Assembly (NCBI GenBank): GCA_044339115.1
Contig: JBIIWA010000015.1
Coordinates: 4,818 to 68,817 of the forward strand
Length of the DNA stretch: 64,000 nt
Origin: Crocinitomicaceae bacterium
Lineage (GTDB): Bacteria > Bacteroidota > Bacteroidia > Flavobacteriales_D > Crocinitomicaceae
Reading direction: 5' to 3'
Both the position numbers and the translations under genes were made by a program. The notes beneath the pieces were generated by a model. It was not told the origin of the DNA, searched no databases, and worked only from the letters and a program-made list of their open reading frames with translations. Below are positions 47,382 to 56,600 of the stretch, one piece after another (position 1 is the stretch's first letter; every line of letters begins with the position of its first letter).

Positions 47382-49004
47382 ATGAGCAGCGAAACCAATG
47401 TTTTATCGGATGTGATTTATTGTAAAGGCAAGCTCTTAGGTTATTCTGAGCCTGGAAAGAGTTCGCAAACCAATGGTAAAATTACCTTTTCTGATTTTTC
47501 TTGGAATTACATGCATATTGATGAAGTTCAGGTGATTGATTATTACCATTCAGAAGCATTAAAAGTGGGTGATTTTTGGTATAGAAAAGTTTTAAAAGGA
47601 AAGAAAAATTGGTGGATGTCACGTCAGTTAATTTGGAAATTTCCTACCTTAAGTTGGCCTAAGCGACCAGAAATATTTATTCCGAGAGGTGATGCCGAAT
47701 TTTATAGTGGAACTTTATACGAAGTCATTATTTCAGATTTTGCAATTATTGATAAAAGGAGTTTTGCAAGTCCGTTAATTCATTTGTCGGCTGATATTTA
47801 TTTTCAAATAAAGAAACCCCAAGTCCCACTAATTCCGGAGAAAAAAGTTACTGTAATTCAAAATAATACTTCTATCATTAATCAAGCAGTAACTGTTGGT
47901 GATGGTCTAAATGTATTGCCCGGTGACATAAGTGCAACGGCAATCGCAAGTGAACCAGTGATTGATAGTGGCCAAAATAAGCTGGCAGTTCCTAATAAAT
48001 CGAGGTCGAAAATAATGAGTTTCCTCCTATGGATTGCTGCATTATTTATCGCTTGGAAGTTCTTCCCTTTATTGGTTTTACCTATATTTTTAATAGGTCT
48101 TTCAACCATTTTATTTAGGTTTTTTAGAAAATCATGCCTTCTTATATTATTTTCTCTTATGGTATTTATTGTGGGAGGCTTATTACTGCTCTATTTTTTA
48201 TCAAATAACTATAAAACACATATTCCTCAGGACAATCGAAAGGGAACAATTAAAACCAGCCCTCCTAAATCCCAAAAAAATAAAGATGGAACTACTGATT
48301 TCACTTCAGAAAAAGAAATTCATTGGTGGGATTTTTTCAATGCAGATTATTGGGCAAGATACAATACAAGTAACACTATATTTTATGAGAGCCAACAACG
48401 ACATCAAAATATAGTATCCAATGAAACTACCAATAATAGTATTCAATTTTTTACAGATGTATACGGCCAAATGAACAAAATGGACAATTACCATATTGAT
48501 TCGTTGACAGAAATTTTTATCGCACATGCCGCTAAGGCTAATTTAAGTCCAATTAGAACTGCTGAAATGGTATCGACATTCATTCAGGAAATTCCATATT
48601 ACCTTGTTCATGATTTGAGCTGTCAGGAAGCATGTAAGCAAGGGGGTTTTACAGCACAATACCATAGCGAAAATAAACCATGTTTACCAAACATTCCTGC
48701 CGGCGTTCAATCCCCGTATGAGTTTATTCATAATTTAAAAGGTGATTGTGATACGCGTAGTTTATTAGCCTATTCGATTCTTAAAAAAATGGGTATTTCT
48801 TGTTCAGTTTGGGTGAGTGAAGCCTATGGACATAGTATTTTAGGTGTCGGATTACCCATTGGAACAGGAACATTTAAGCAAATTAATGGCGTGAAGCATT
48901 ATGCCGTTGAATTAACAGCCAAAGGATTTAAAATTGGTATGATTTCCCCAGACCATACCAATACTGATAATTGGGATATTACACTTTTTTATAATAAATA
49001 CTAA
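47382..49004 (+). CDS. membrane protein with C-terminal transglutaminase-like (papain-fold Cys-His) domain
   Basis: GDCDTRSLLAYSILKKMGISCSVWV...YGHSILGV. The Cys codon at 48747-48749 and His codon at 48831-48833 follow the G.C...a.l...lr..GI....v....H spacing of transglutaminase-core proteins. 2-3 TM segments in the middle. Confidence 0.5.
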   Translation: MSSETNVLSDVIYCKGKLLGYSEPGKSSQTNGKITFSDFSWNYMHIDEVQVIDYYHSEALKVGDFWYRKVLKGKKNWWMSRQLIWKFPTLSWPKRPEIFIPRGDAEFYSGTLYEVIISDFAIIDKRSFASPLIHLSADIYFQIKKPQVPLIPEKKVTVIQNNTSIINQAVTVGDGLNVLPGDISATAIASEPVIDSGQNKLAVPNKSRSKIMSFLLWIAALFIAWKFFPLLVLPIFLIGLSTILFRFFRKSCLLILFSLMVFIVGGLLLLYFLSNNYKTHIPQDNRKGTIKTSPPKSQKNKDGTTDFTSEKEIHWWDFFNADYWARYNTSNTIFYESQQRHQNIVSNETTNNSIQFFTDVYGQMNKMDNYHIDSLTEIFIAHAAKANLSPIRTAEMVSTFIQEIPYYLVHDLSCQEACKQGGFTAQYHSENKPCLPNIPAGVQSPYEFIHNLKGDCDTRSLLAYSILKKMGISCSVWVSEAYGHSILGVGLPIGTGTFKQINGVKHYAVELTAKGFKIGMISPDHTNTDNWDITLFYNKY

Positions 49005-49016
49005 ACTTTAAACATT

Positions 49017-49526
49017 ATGAACGCAATCATTATTATCCAGTTACTCGTTGCTTTTGTTATCGGGATCTCATCATTATTTATCATTTACAGAGCAGTTAAC
49101 TTCGCCATGTCAAAGTACTTTGGCTTGGACGACAAGGACAATACCTCTTTCACGGTGTTTCAAATGGGAATCATTATCTCTGGTGCACTCATCTTGTCAA
49201 CCATTATTGATCCTGCTATTAATGCTATTCGTATATTAAATCCTCAAGGCAGCATTAATATTTCACAAGTACTTACCTCTTTAGCATATGTAGGTCTCTT
49301 TGCACTCATAGGGATCGTTTGCACACTTGTCGTTATTGCAGCTGCCTTGGTTACCATCTTCCAACTTACAAAAATCAATGAAATTGAGGAGATGAAAAAT
49401 AATAAAATCAATGCCTCTTTAATTATCGTTGCCTTAATTATTGGTTTGTCCTTGATTATCGATAATTACTGTGGACAAATGTGTGAAACCTTAATTCCTT
49501 ATCCGGAAGTATTACAAATTCGTTAA
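49017..49526 (+). CDS. small polytopic membrane protein (about 4 TM)
   Basis: Four hydrophobic stretches in 169 aa; possibly DUF350-like, not confirmed. Confidence 0.45.
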   Translation: MNAIIIIQLLVAFVIGISSLFIIYRAVNFAMSKYFGLDDKDNTSFTVFQMGIIISGALILSTIIDPAINAIRILNPQGSINISQVLTSLAYVGLFALIGIVCTLVVIAAALVTIFQLTKINEIEEMKNNKINASLIIVALIIGLSLIIDNYCGQMCETLIPYPEVLQIR

Positions 49527-49527
49527 G

Positions 49528-50076
49528 ATGATTTTTAAGAAAATTACTGACTCCGAAACAATTTTAACGGAACTGATGATTCCAAGTTATGCCAATTTTG
49601 GAGGAAAGGTACATGGTGGCATTATTTTGTCCTTAATGGATAAAGTCGCTTACGTTACTGCAGCTAAACACGCTAGTGCATATGTAGTTACCGTTTCAGT
49701 GGAAGGAGTTGAGTTTCTGAGCCCCATTGAAGTTGGAGACTTGGTTAGTTTAAAAGCTAGGGTAAATTACGTGGGTAAAACTTCCATGATTGTTGGAATT
49801 CGTGTGGAAGCTTTAAATCCTAAAACAGGAATTATAAAGCATACAAACTCCTGTTATTTCACAATGGTTGCAAAAGATGAGAATGGCCAAGTAACAGAAG
49901 TGCCAGGTCTGTACATCTCAGATGAAGAAAGTATTCGCCGTTTTGCCGAAGGGAAAGCACTTAAGTTACTCGTTAAGCAAAAACATCAGTTACTAAAGGA
50001 AAAATTCCATAAAATGAGCATTTCAGAGATTTTGAAAAGCGTAGAAGGGGAGAAGCTCACTTTCTCACCGGATTAA
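49528..50076 (+). CDS. hotdog-fold acyl-CoA thioesterase (YciA-like)
   Basis: ANFGGKVHGGIILSLMDKVAY...VTVSVEGVEFLSPIEVGDLV...GKTSMIVGIRVEA. Confidence 0.8.
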   Translation: MIFKKITDSETILTELMIPSYANFGGKVHGGIILSLMDKVAYVTAAKHASAYVVTVSVEGVEFLSPIEVGDLVSLKARVNYVGKTSMIVGIRVEALNPKTGIIKHTNSCYFTMVAKDENGQVTEVPGLYISDEESIRRFAEGKALKLLVKQKHQLLKEKFHKMSISEILKSVEGEKLTFSPD

Positions 50077-50139
50077 TTCCATTTAGGCAATATGTTTTGG
50101 GCGCTTAAGTAACAATGCAATCTTATCCTTTTTGCTTGA

Positions 50140-50484
50140 TTATTCTTTGGAGTTAAAAATATCCTTTAATTCATCTTGTAATGAAGATGGAATCGTGCTA
50201 TGATCTTTAAAGGTCATTTCAATTAAAGCCATGGTAAGTTTGGTAACATGAAGTTTGTGTTTGAGCTTTTTAAATACGATTACTAATCCTACACCAGTCA
50301 TAAGGAAAAGGACTATGCACCAAGCAATACCTATCCAAACGTAGGAAGCGATAACTAGACAAATCGACCCAAGAACTAGGCTAATCATCCAAATACGTAT
50401 GCGCAGAATGTCCATAACGTACTGATGGTATTCCTGATATTCTTCCGGTCTTTCTGCTTTGAATTGTTTGAGCGCTTCATTCAT
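50140..50484 (-). CDS. small membrane protein, hypothetical
   Basis: 114 aa with two central TM segments. Divergent from the 50551 operon. Confidence 0.45.
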   Translation of the reverse strand: MNEALKQFKAERPEEYQEYHQYVMDILRIRIWMISLVLGSICLVIASYVWIGIAWCIVLFLMTGVGLVIVFKKLKHKLHVTKLTMALIEMTFKDHSTIPSSLQDELKDIFNSKE

Positions 50485-50550
50485 TTACCAAAGGTTATTA
50501 TTTTTATATGAATTCGCATCATTACCGAGAAATAATTAATATATTTAAAC

Positions 50551-53500
50551 ATGTCCCACCTCGAACCCACCTACCTTCGTTACATCTACGATGGTCTTCT
50601 CAAAGGAATCATCCATCCAGAAAATGCCGCAGAATTACCTGATGGCTTAATTGGTCTTTACGATGAAGCTTTCGATGAAAGAACTTCAGTCGTTGAACGC
50701 CAAAAACTGCTGCAGCGCTTTGCTATTTGGGCACTTTTGAAAAAAGAAGTAAGTGCAGCGTTTGTTGCTGAAGTATTGGGTGACACAGAAGATAAAATAC
50801 AAGATTTTATTTCTACATATAGTTCTTGGTTCAATAGCCCCGAAAGCGGCAAGTACCAGTTGTACCATGAGCGATTAAAAGTGTATTTATTGCAGAAGTT
50901 GAGTGATGGGGAAATTTATGGGCTTCACGAAAAACTTATTTCGCGATTAGAACAAGCCATCGAAGAGCAAAAAGCAGATGAATTTGAGTGGTATGGGTTG
51001 GAGTTTTTGGGTGAACTATATTTTTCCAATTTTGATGATAAACTATTTGAAATTTCCTTTAACAAAATATTCCAAGATAGACAAGTTTTTATTCTAGGTG
51101 ATTTTCGCATTGCATTTAAAAATCTTGAGTTATCAATACTGCTTGCAAAAAGCAGAAATGACAGAAAATCTATTGTTAAAGCAAGCACGGAAAAATTGAA
51201 AATTCGAAAACGATTTCATGAAAATTTCGACCTTCTTTATGGAAGTATCAACAACAATCACGCCATTACATCTAACTTACTTGGACACTATAATAATAAA
51301 ACAAAGGGATTAGTTTCAGTTTTACTTTTTCATGAGTTTTTTGAAGGGGACCTTCAGCTACACCCCTTAAAATCGTTGTTCATACATTTAATAATGGAGG
51401 ATTTATCATCCATAGAAGATGATCCAGTTAAACGTGGATGGTTATTATCTGTCCCTGAAATTGCTCAGGATCTTTATTTACATGAGTTAAATGAATTAGA
51501 TATTGATGACTTTCATTTCAGAAAGTTGATTCAGTTTATTACAAACGATGATGATTTAGAATACGAATTTAATTTTAATGAATCTATTTCTTTATTTAAC
51601 GATGACATAGAAACTTTAGAGGATAAAACAGAAGATTTCAATTTCGCGAATTATCTTGATGATTCAGATCAAGAGGTTCCTTCATTTCTCTCATTAGATA
51701 CGTCGGAGAACCCCTTTGAATCATTGAGTATGGATGATGAAAATGAATTTAAAGCATTTTTGGCAAGTATGGGTGATAACAATATCGATTTCGACTCTAA
51801 TAAAGTGGATATAGAAAGTAATTTAAGACCCATACATACTTTTGAAGAAAGAAAGTTGCAACTAATAAATGAATTAAATAACTCAAGTAATAAATTGCAA
51901 GATTTAATTCAATTTTCTAATGAGTTAATTCGACTAAAAGAAAATTTATTTTTAGCAGAAATAGGGCTTCAATTGCTACTATCGATTTCAGATTTTGTTA
52001 AATCAAGAGAATTTAATCATTTGTACCAGACAATTATTCAAGAGCTTACAGAACGAAAACAAGAAAGTAATCCTGTTGTTTTTTCTCATGAGGTAAAAGC
52101 ATGCTGCGAAGTATTATTAGAACAACATTTCTATACTGAAGCTTTGGAGTTAATTCCATTTATCTCACAGTCGGAAATGCGTGATGATTTATATTCTTCT
52201 GCATTGAATTCATCTTATGATTTTGATAAAGAAATTTATGCAAATGTTTTGAAGAATGCATGTCAAATACATAAATTAGACACATCTATTTACATCAATA
52301 AAGGCGAATTAATTCGTGAGTTTATTTTGCAATGCAAAACGAATGAATTAGATGATATTTTTTCAAGCTCAGATAGCTTCTTTCTAACTATGCTATGTGG
52401 AAGTATTATTGAAGACGATAGACTTTTCATCAGAATTACTGACGATTATAATCTACTAAAAGTATTGATTCCGGCATTTAAGAAGACTATGAATCATTCA
52501 TTACAGAGTTTTTCAGAAATTTTCGAGATTCATTGTAATTTACAGAATGGTGAAATACCACTTTCCGAAAAAGATTTCCAATCACTGTGTAAACAAATTA
52601 GTAAAGTTGACAATAAGGAAGAACTTAAAAAGCTCTATTCCTGCTTATATCTTTTCTCCCAAAATGAGCAAATAACAGCTTTCATCCTGAGTCAATTCAA
52701 TTCGATGGTAAAAGAAAATAAAAAGATCATTTCAGAAATATTACATGATAAAAATGAACATCTTTATTTATTCAAAAGCACACTCATTATTTGGAGGAGA
52801 TTAAATGCCGCACAAAAAGAAAAGTATAAAAGTATATTCAATGAAATATATAATCAAACCAAAAATAATGAATTGAATGAAAGAAGTGCCTGTATTTTTC
52901 TGATAAATAAAGAACTTGGGTTCGAAGATCATATTTTTAGTAAGCAAAAACTCGAGTTGTCGGTTTCAATATTACTTTTAAAAAATGGATATGTAGAGGA
53001 GGCAATTGAAATAGCTACACTTTGCAAAGATTCTAATCCTGCAATTATTCAGCTTGAATTTTGGATTGAACTACTTGAACATAAAGATGATTCCGAAAAT
53101 CTAGTTAATAATTTTATTAACTTCGTAAATGATAAATTTGAGGTCTTTTCTGAGGAAATATCAATAGAAGATCAATCTTTTGTCTATGTCCCCCTTTTTG
53201 CGAGAGCGTTGAACAAACTTTATGAATTCGATAAAGTGGTTGAATTTAAATCTTTATTTCAGATATTATTGAATCATATCGAATCACTTTCTGTTTCGCT
53301 AAATGAAAAGCGCAAACTTCTTTATGTTTTTTCATTTAGCATTAATTTCAATGTTTTTAAATATATACTTTGCCTGGCAAACAAAAACCAACAACTTTTG
53401 TTAGCGAGTTCTCTTTCTTTTTTAAAAGGATATCATAAGAATATTCAGGATAAGATTCTCGAGGAATTATGTGTTATTAGAGATGATGCCGATTTGGTTG

Positions 53501-53622
53501 AAAATGCATTACTCCACCTTTCTAAATGCGATCATTTTTATTCTGATTTATTTGATACTATGAATGAAACTAGTGAAATTTTTAATTTTGAGTATTGGCT
53601 GACTTTAAAATCTCCCAAATAA
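50551..53622 (+). CDS. large helical protein A: conserved 154-aa STAND-helical/winged-helix-like N-module plus a unique arm of about 870 aa
   Basis: The N-module is ~92% identical to that of the next gene (13 differences in 154 aa, hand count). ELPDGLIGLYDEAFDER and GKYQLYHERLKVYLLQKL resemble the post-P-loop helical/WH region of NACHT/STAND ATPases. The rest is helical and AT-rich-encoded, with an acidic segment at aa 331-422. Confidence 0.6.
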   Translation: MSHLEPTYLRYIYDGLLKGIIHPENAAELPDGLIGLYDEAFDERTSVVERQKLLQRFAIWALLKKEVSAAFVAEVLGDTEDKIQDFISTYSSWFNSPESGKYQLYHERLKVYLLQKLSDGEIYGLHEKLISRLEQAIEEQKADEFEWYGLEFLGELYFSNFDDKLFEISFNKIFQDRQVFILGDFRIAFKNLELSILLAKSRNDRKSIVKASTEKLKIRKRFHENFDLLYGSINNNHAITSNLLGHYNNKTKGLVSVLLFHEFFEGDLQLHPLKSLFIHLIMEDLSSIEDDPVKRGWLLSVPEIAQDLYLHELNELDIDDFHFRKLIQFITNDDDLEYEFNFNESISLFNDDIETLEDKTEDFNFANYLDDSDQEVPSFLSLDTSENPFESLSMDDENEFKAFLASMGDNNIDFDSNKVDIESNLRPIHTFEERKLQLINELNNSSNKLQDLIQFSNELIRLKENLFLAEIGLQLLLSISDFVKSREFNHLYQTIIQELTERKQESNPVVFSHEVKACCEVLLEQHFYTEALELIPFISQSEMRDDLYSSALNSSYDFDKEIYANVLKNACQIHKLDTSIYINKGELIREFILQCKTNELDDIFSSSDSFFLTMLCGSIIEDDRLFIRITDDYNLLKVLIPAFKKTMNHSLQSFSEIFEIHCNLQNGEIPLSEKDFQSLCKQISKVDNKEELKKLYSCLYLFSQNEQITAFILSQFNSMVKENKKIISEILHDKNEHLYLFKSTLIIWRRLNAAQKEKYKSIFNEIYNQTKNNELNERSACIFLINKELGFEDHIFSKQKLELSVSILLLKNGYVEEAIEIATLCKDSNPAIIQLEFWIELLEHKDDSENLVNNFINFVNDKFEVFSEEISIEDQSFVYVPLFARALNKLYEFDKVVEFKSLFQILLNHIESLSVSLNEKRKLLYVFSFSINFNVFKYILCLANKNQQLLLASSLSFLKGYHKNIQDKILEELCVIRDDADLVENALLHLSKCDHFYSDLFDTMNETSEIFNFEYWLTLKSPK

Positions 53623-53624
53623 CC

Positions 53625-56600
53625 ATGCCTCACCTCGAACCCACCTACCTCCGTTACATCTACGATGGTCTTCTGAAAGGAAGCATCCATCCGGAGAATG
53701 CTGCTGAATTGCCCGATGGCTTGATTGGTCTTTATGAAGAAGCCTTCGATGAGCGTACTTCGGTAGTGGAACGCCAAAAACTATTACAACGCTTTGCTAT
53801 TTGGGCTTTATTGAAAAAAGAAGTAAGTGCAGCGTTTGTAGCCGAGGTTTTGGGCGAAACCGAAGATGATATTCAGGATTTTATATCTACTTACAGCGCC
53901 TGGTTCAACAGCCCAGAAAGTGGTAAGTACCAATTGTACCATGAGCGCTTGAAGGTGTATTTGTTGCAGAAGTTGAGTGAGGGGGAGGTGCATGCGTTAC
54001 ACGAGAAACTAATTTTTCGATTAGAGCAAGCCATTGCAGAACAAAAAACGGATGAGTTTGAGTGGTATGGCTTGGAGTTTTTGGGAGGACATCTAACTTT
54101 AAGTTGTTTTCAGAAAAACACAAAAGAAAAGTACAACAGATTAATGAATTTCGCCTTGAATGATAATTATCATAATAGACAATTTGAATTTAGTTTTCAA
54201 TACCAATGGACATTTAACCTATTGCATTCTGTTCAGTATTTAACTATCGTTTTACGGAAAAGGGATGTTGAGTTAATTAATTTAAAATTTATAGAAGTCA
54301 ATGAGCGATTACAAGCCTCAATTCATGAGTTAATATATTTGGTTAGGGATGGGAATATTGAGATTACACTAGTTAGAATTAATTGTCTAATGTCTCAAAG
54401 TGAAAATGAAGTAAAAACTAAGCTAAGATTGATTTTATTGATTTTAACTGATATCTGTGTCAACAATAAAAGTATTAATTCAAATGAGCATTATCTAATT
54501 AGCGAACTGCTTCAAATCCTAGAGTTTGAATTTAAAAAATATAAAATTGATATTTTCGATTTAATCCCTCCCAATATATTTTTTCAAATCGTTTTGTTTT
54601 TGAAAGATTCAACTTTAGATTATAAATGCCTTCTTAATTTGGTTATATATGATTGGGGTTTTTCAGGAATTTCAAAAATTCTGACTCCAGATTTCATTAA
54701 GTTTTTCATTTCTTCAAATAAATATAGGTCTTTTGAAATCGAAGGGCTTTTTGTTGAAATAAGACAGATTGCATATATGAACCAAGTTGGGCTTGCCCAA
54801 ACAGGAATAGACTGTGCAATAATGGCTTTGTTAAACGAATATGCGCCTGAGAGATTAGCCGATTACTTGAGAACATCATTTAGAGATTTTTTAAATGCTG
54901 TTTCTTATGATTGGATTAAAACTTGGTTGAATAAGGTGATGTGCCATCTTCATGTTGATTTCATTGTTAAATATCTAGGAGGAGATTTATTATCGGATCA
55001 TATTCCAACTAATTTAGCTAATGAGATTGTTAGAATTGAAAAAAAATTAGAAATAATGGATTCAATTCTTTTAAAGGTTTATGAGTCTAACAGTAAATCA
55101 AACGAAATTAAAGAACTTATTGAGTATTCAGAAAATTTATTAGCGTATTACTTAGAAACAGAAACCTCGAAAATTCGTTCTGAAAAAGTAATGCATTTTT
55201 TTCAATTAAAATTGCTAATTGATACATTATCTAGAAAGGAAATTAGCAGCTTAATTAATCAAACAATTGACATCATAAAAGACGAATCGGATGACATATA
55301 CTTAAAACAAATAATAAGTACGCTTTACTTTTTTAAATTGTCGGAATATGCTCCGAGGTTTATTGCGTTATATGTTGATATAAAGTATGCCAAAAGCAGT
55401 GCGTTCTTAAATGGGCTATTAATGAATAATCAAATAATTGCGATTAATCAAATTGAAAATGTAGATGAGAATTATCTAGATGGTTTGATTTATAAGTTAA
55501 ATTATGATATTTGGAGAAATCAGTTATCTAATACTTCAATTTTATTTTTAGAAAATTTAAAATGGTTTATTTCACAAATCAAATCGGATAATTCAGTCAC
55601 CAATATAAACGATGACTATTGGCAAATTATTCTGGGAATCATTTTTAATTCTGATATTCTTGAATGTTACATTGACACCTATTTAAGTGAAGCTTTACGA
55701 TTTTCTCCTGATTTAATTAAAAAGAGATTTTATCATTTTGTAGCTAAGCCAAAACTAATGAAAAGGCATTCAGGTGTCGAATTGGATGTCATTAGAATGA
55801 TTGATTTGGAGATTGAATTATTTAAAAAGACTCAAACAGGACAAATTGAAAAGTTATATGATTCACTTCTTAGCACTTTTTGTGAGGCCCTTATTGAAGT
55901 AAATTGGTCCATGAAAAATAAAGATGTTTATCGCTTTGCTAAATTAAAATTGGAGAAAAGTGAGATTCAAGTTGCAATTAATTGTTTATCCGAAATTGAT
56001 GTTTCTTCTCAATGTTTTGTGGAATTAGTTTTTGATATTTCTTTAAAACTTTTCCAAGGTAATGAAGAAATAGATTTTGCATTGGAAATCTTACAATATG
56101 TAAAACATCATTTTGAATATAAAGAGTATGATAACGGAGAATCCTACAGCTACTATCATATTGATCATGGTAAACAATATGTGGATTTAGTTGATAATTT
56201 ATTGTTTAAAATTCTTTCTTTTCATCAATTAAACATAAAGCAATTTCAAGAATTATTGTTCAATGTTGGAGTAATAGATGACAATTACAACTTAACAACT
56301 AAGAATTTCCATTCTCCATCATTTATTAGAAACATCATCGATAAAGAGGTAAAAACATTCATTTGTGATTTATTAAATCCATCAAATACAAGTGGCCATA
56401 ATAATCTATTTTCTGTTAAACTTGGAATTAAAAGTCTTCTTGAATATGAATTAAACGAGATTGAAATTCAAAATATATTAAATGAATTAATTGAATATCT
56501 TAACCAATCATACGAACAAGTTGAAATTAATCTCGATTTCAGTAAATTTTTTAATAATATGGGTTTGTCAAATATTAGTTTCTTTAATGTTATTCATAAG

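Noticed and set aside
50485-50550. Bacteroidota-type promoter (TTTG / TAnnTTTG) in front of the STAND-like operon
   Set aside because: Only an approximate TATATTTA lies a few nt from the ATG. That is too degenerate in AT-rich DNA to report as a feature.
50658-51188. Small antisense ORFs in the conserved N-module of gene A, with counterparts at 53808-54123 in gene B
   Set aside because: They recur only because the underlying sense sequence is duplicated. The mostly synonymous substitution pattern fits selection on the sense frame, not on these frames.
53595-53624. Ten-codon extension (MADFKISQIT) of the second giant gene
   Set aside because: It overlaps the end of gene A. Homology with MSHLEPTY of gene A puts the start at the ATG at 53625.
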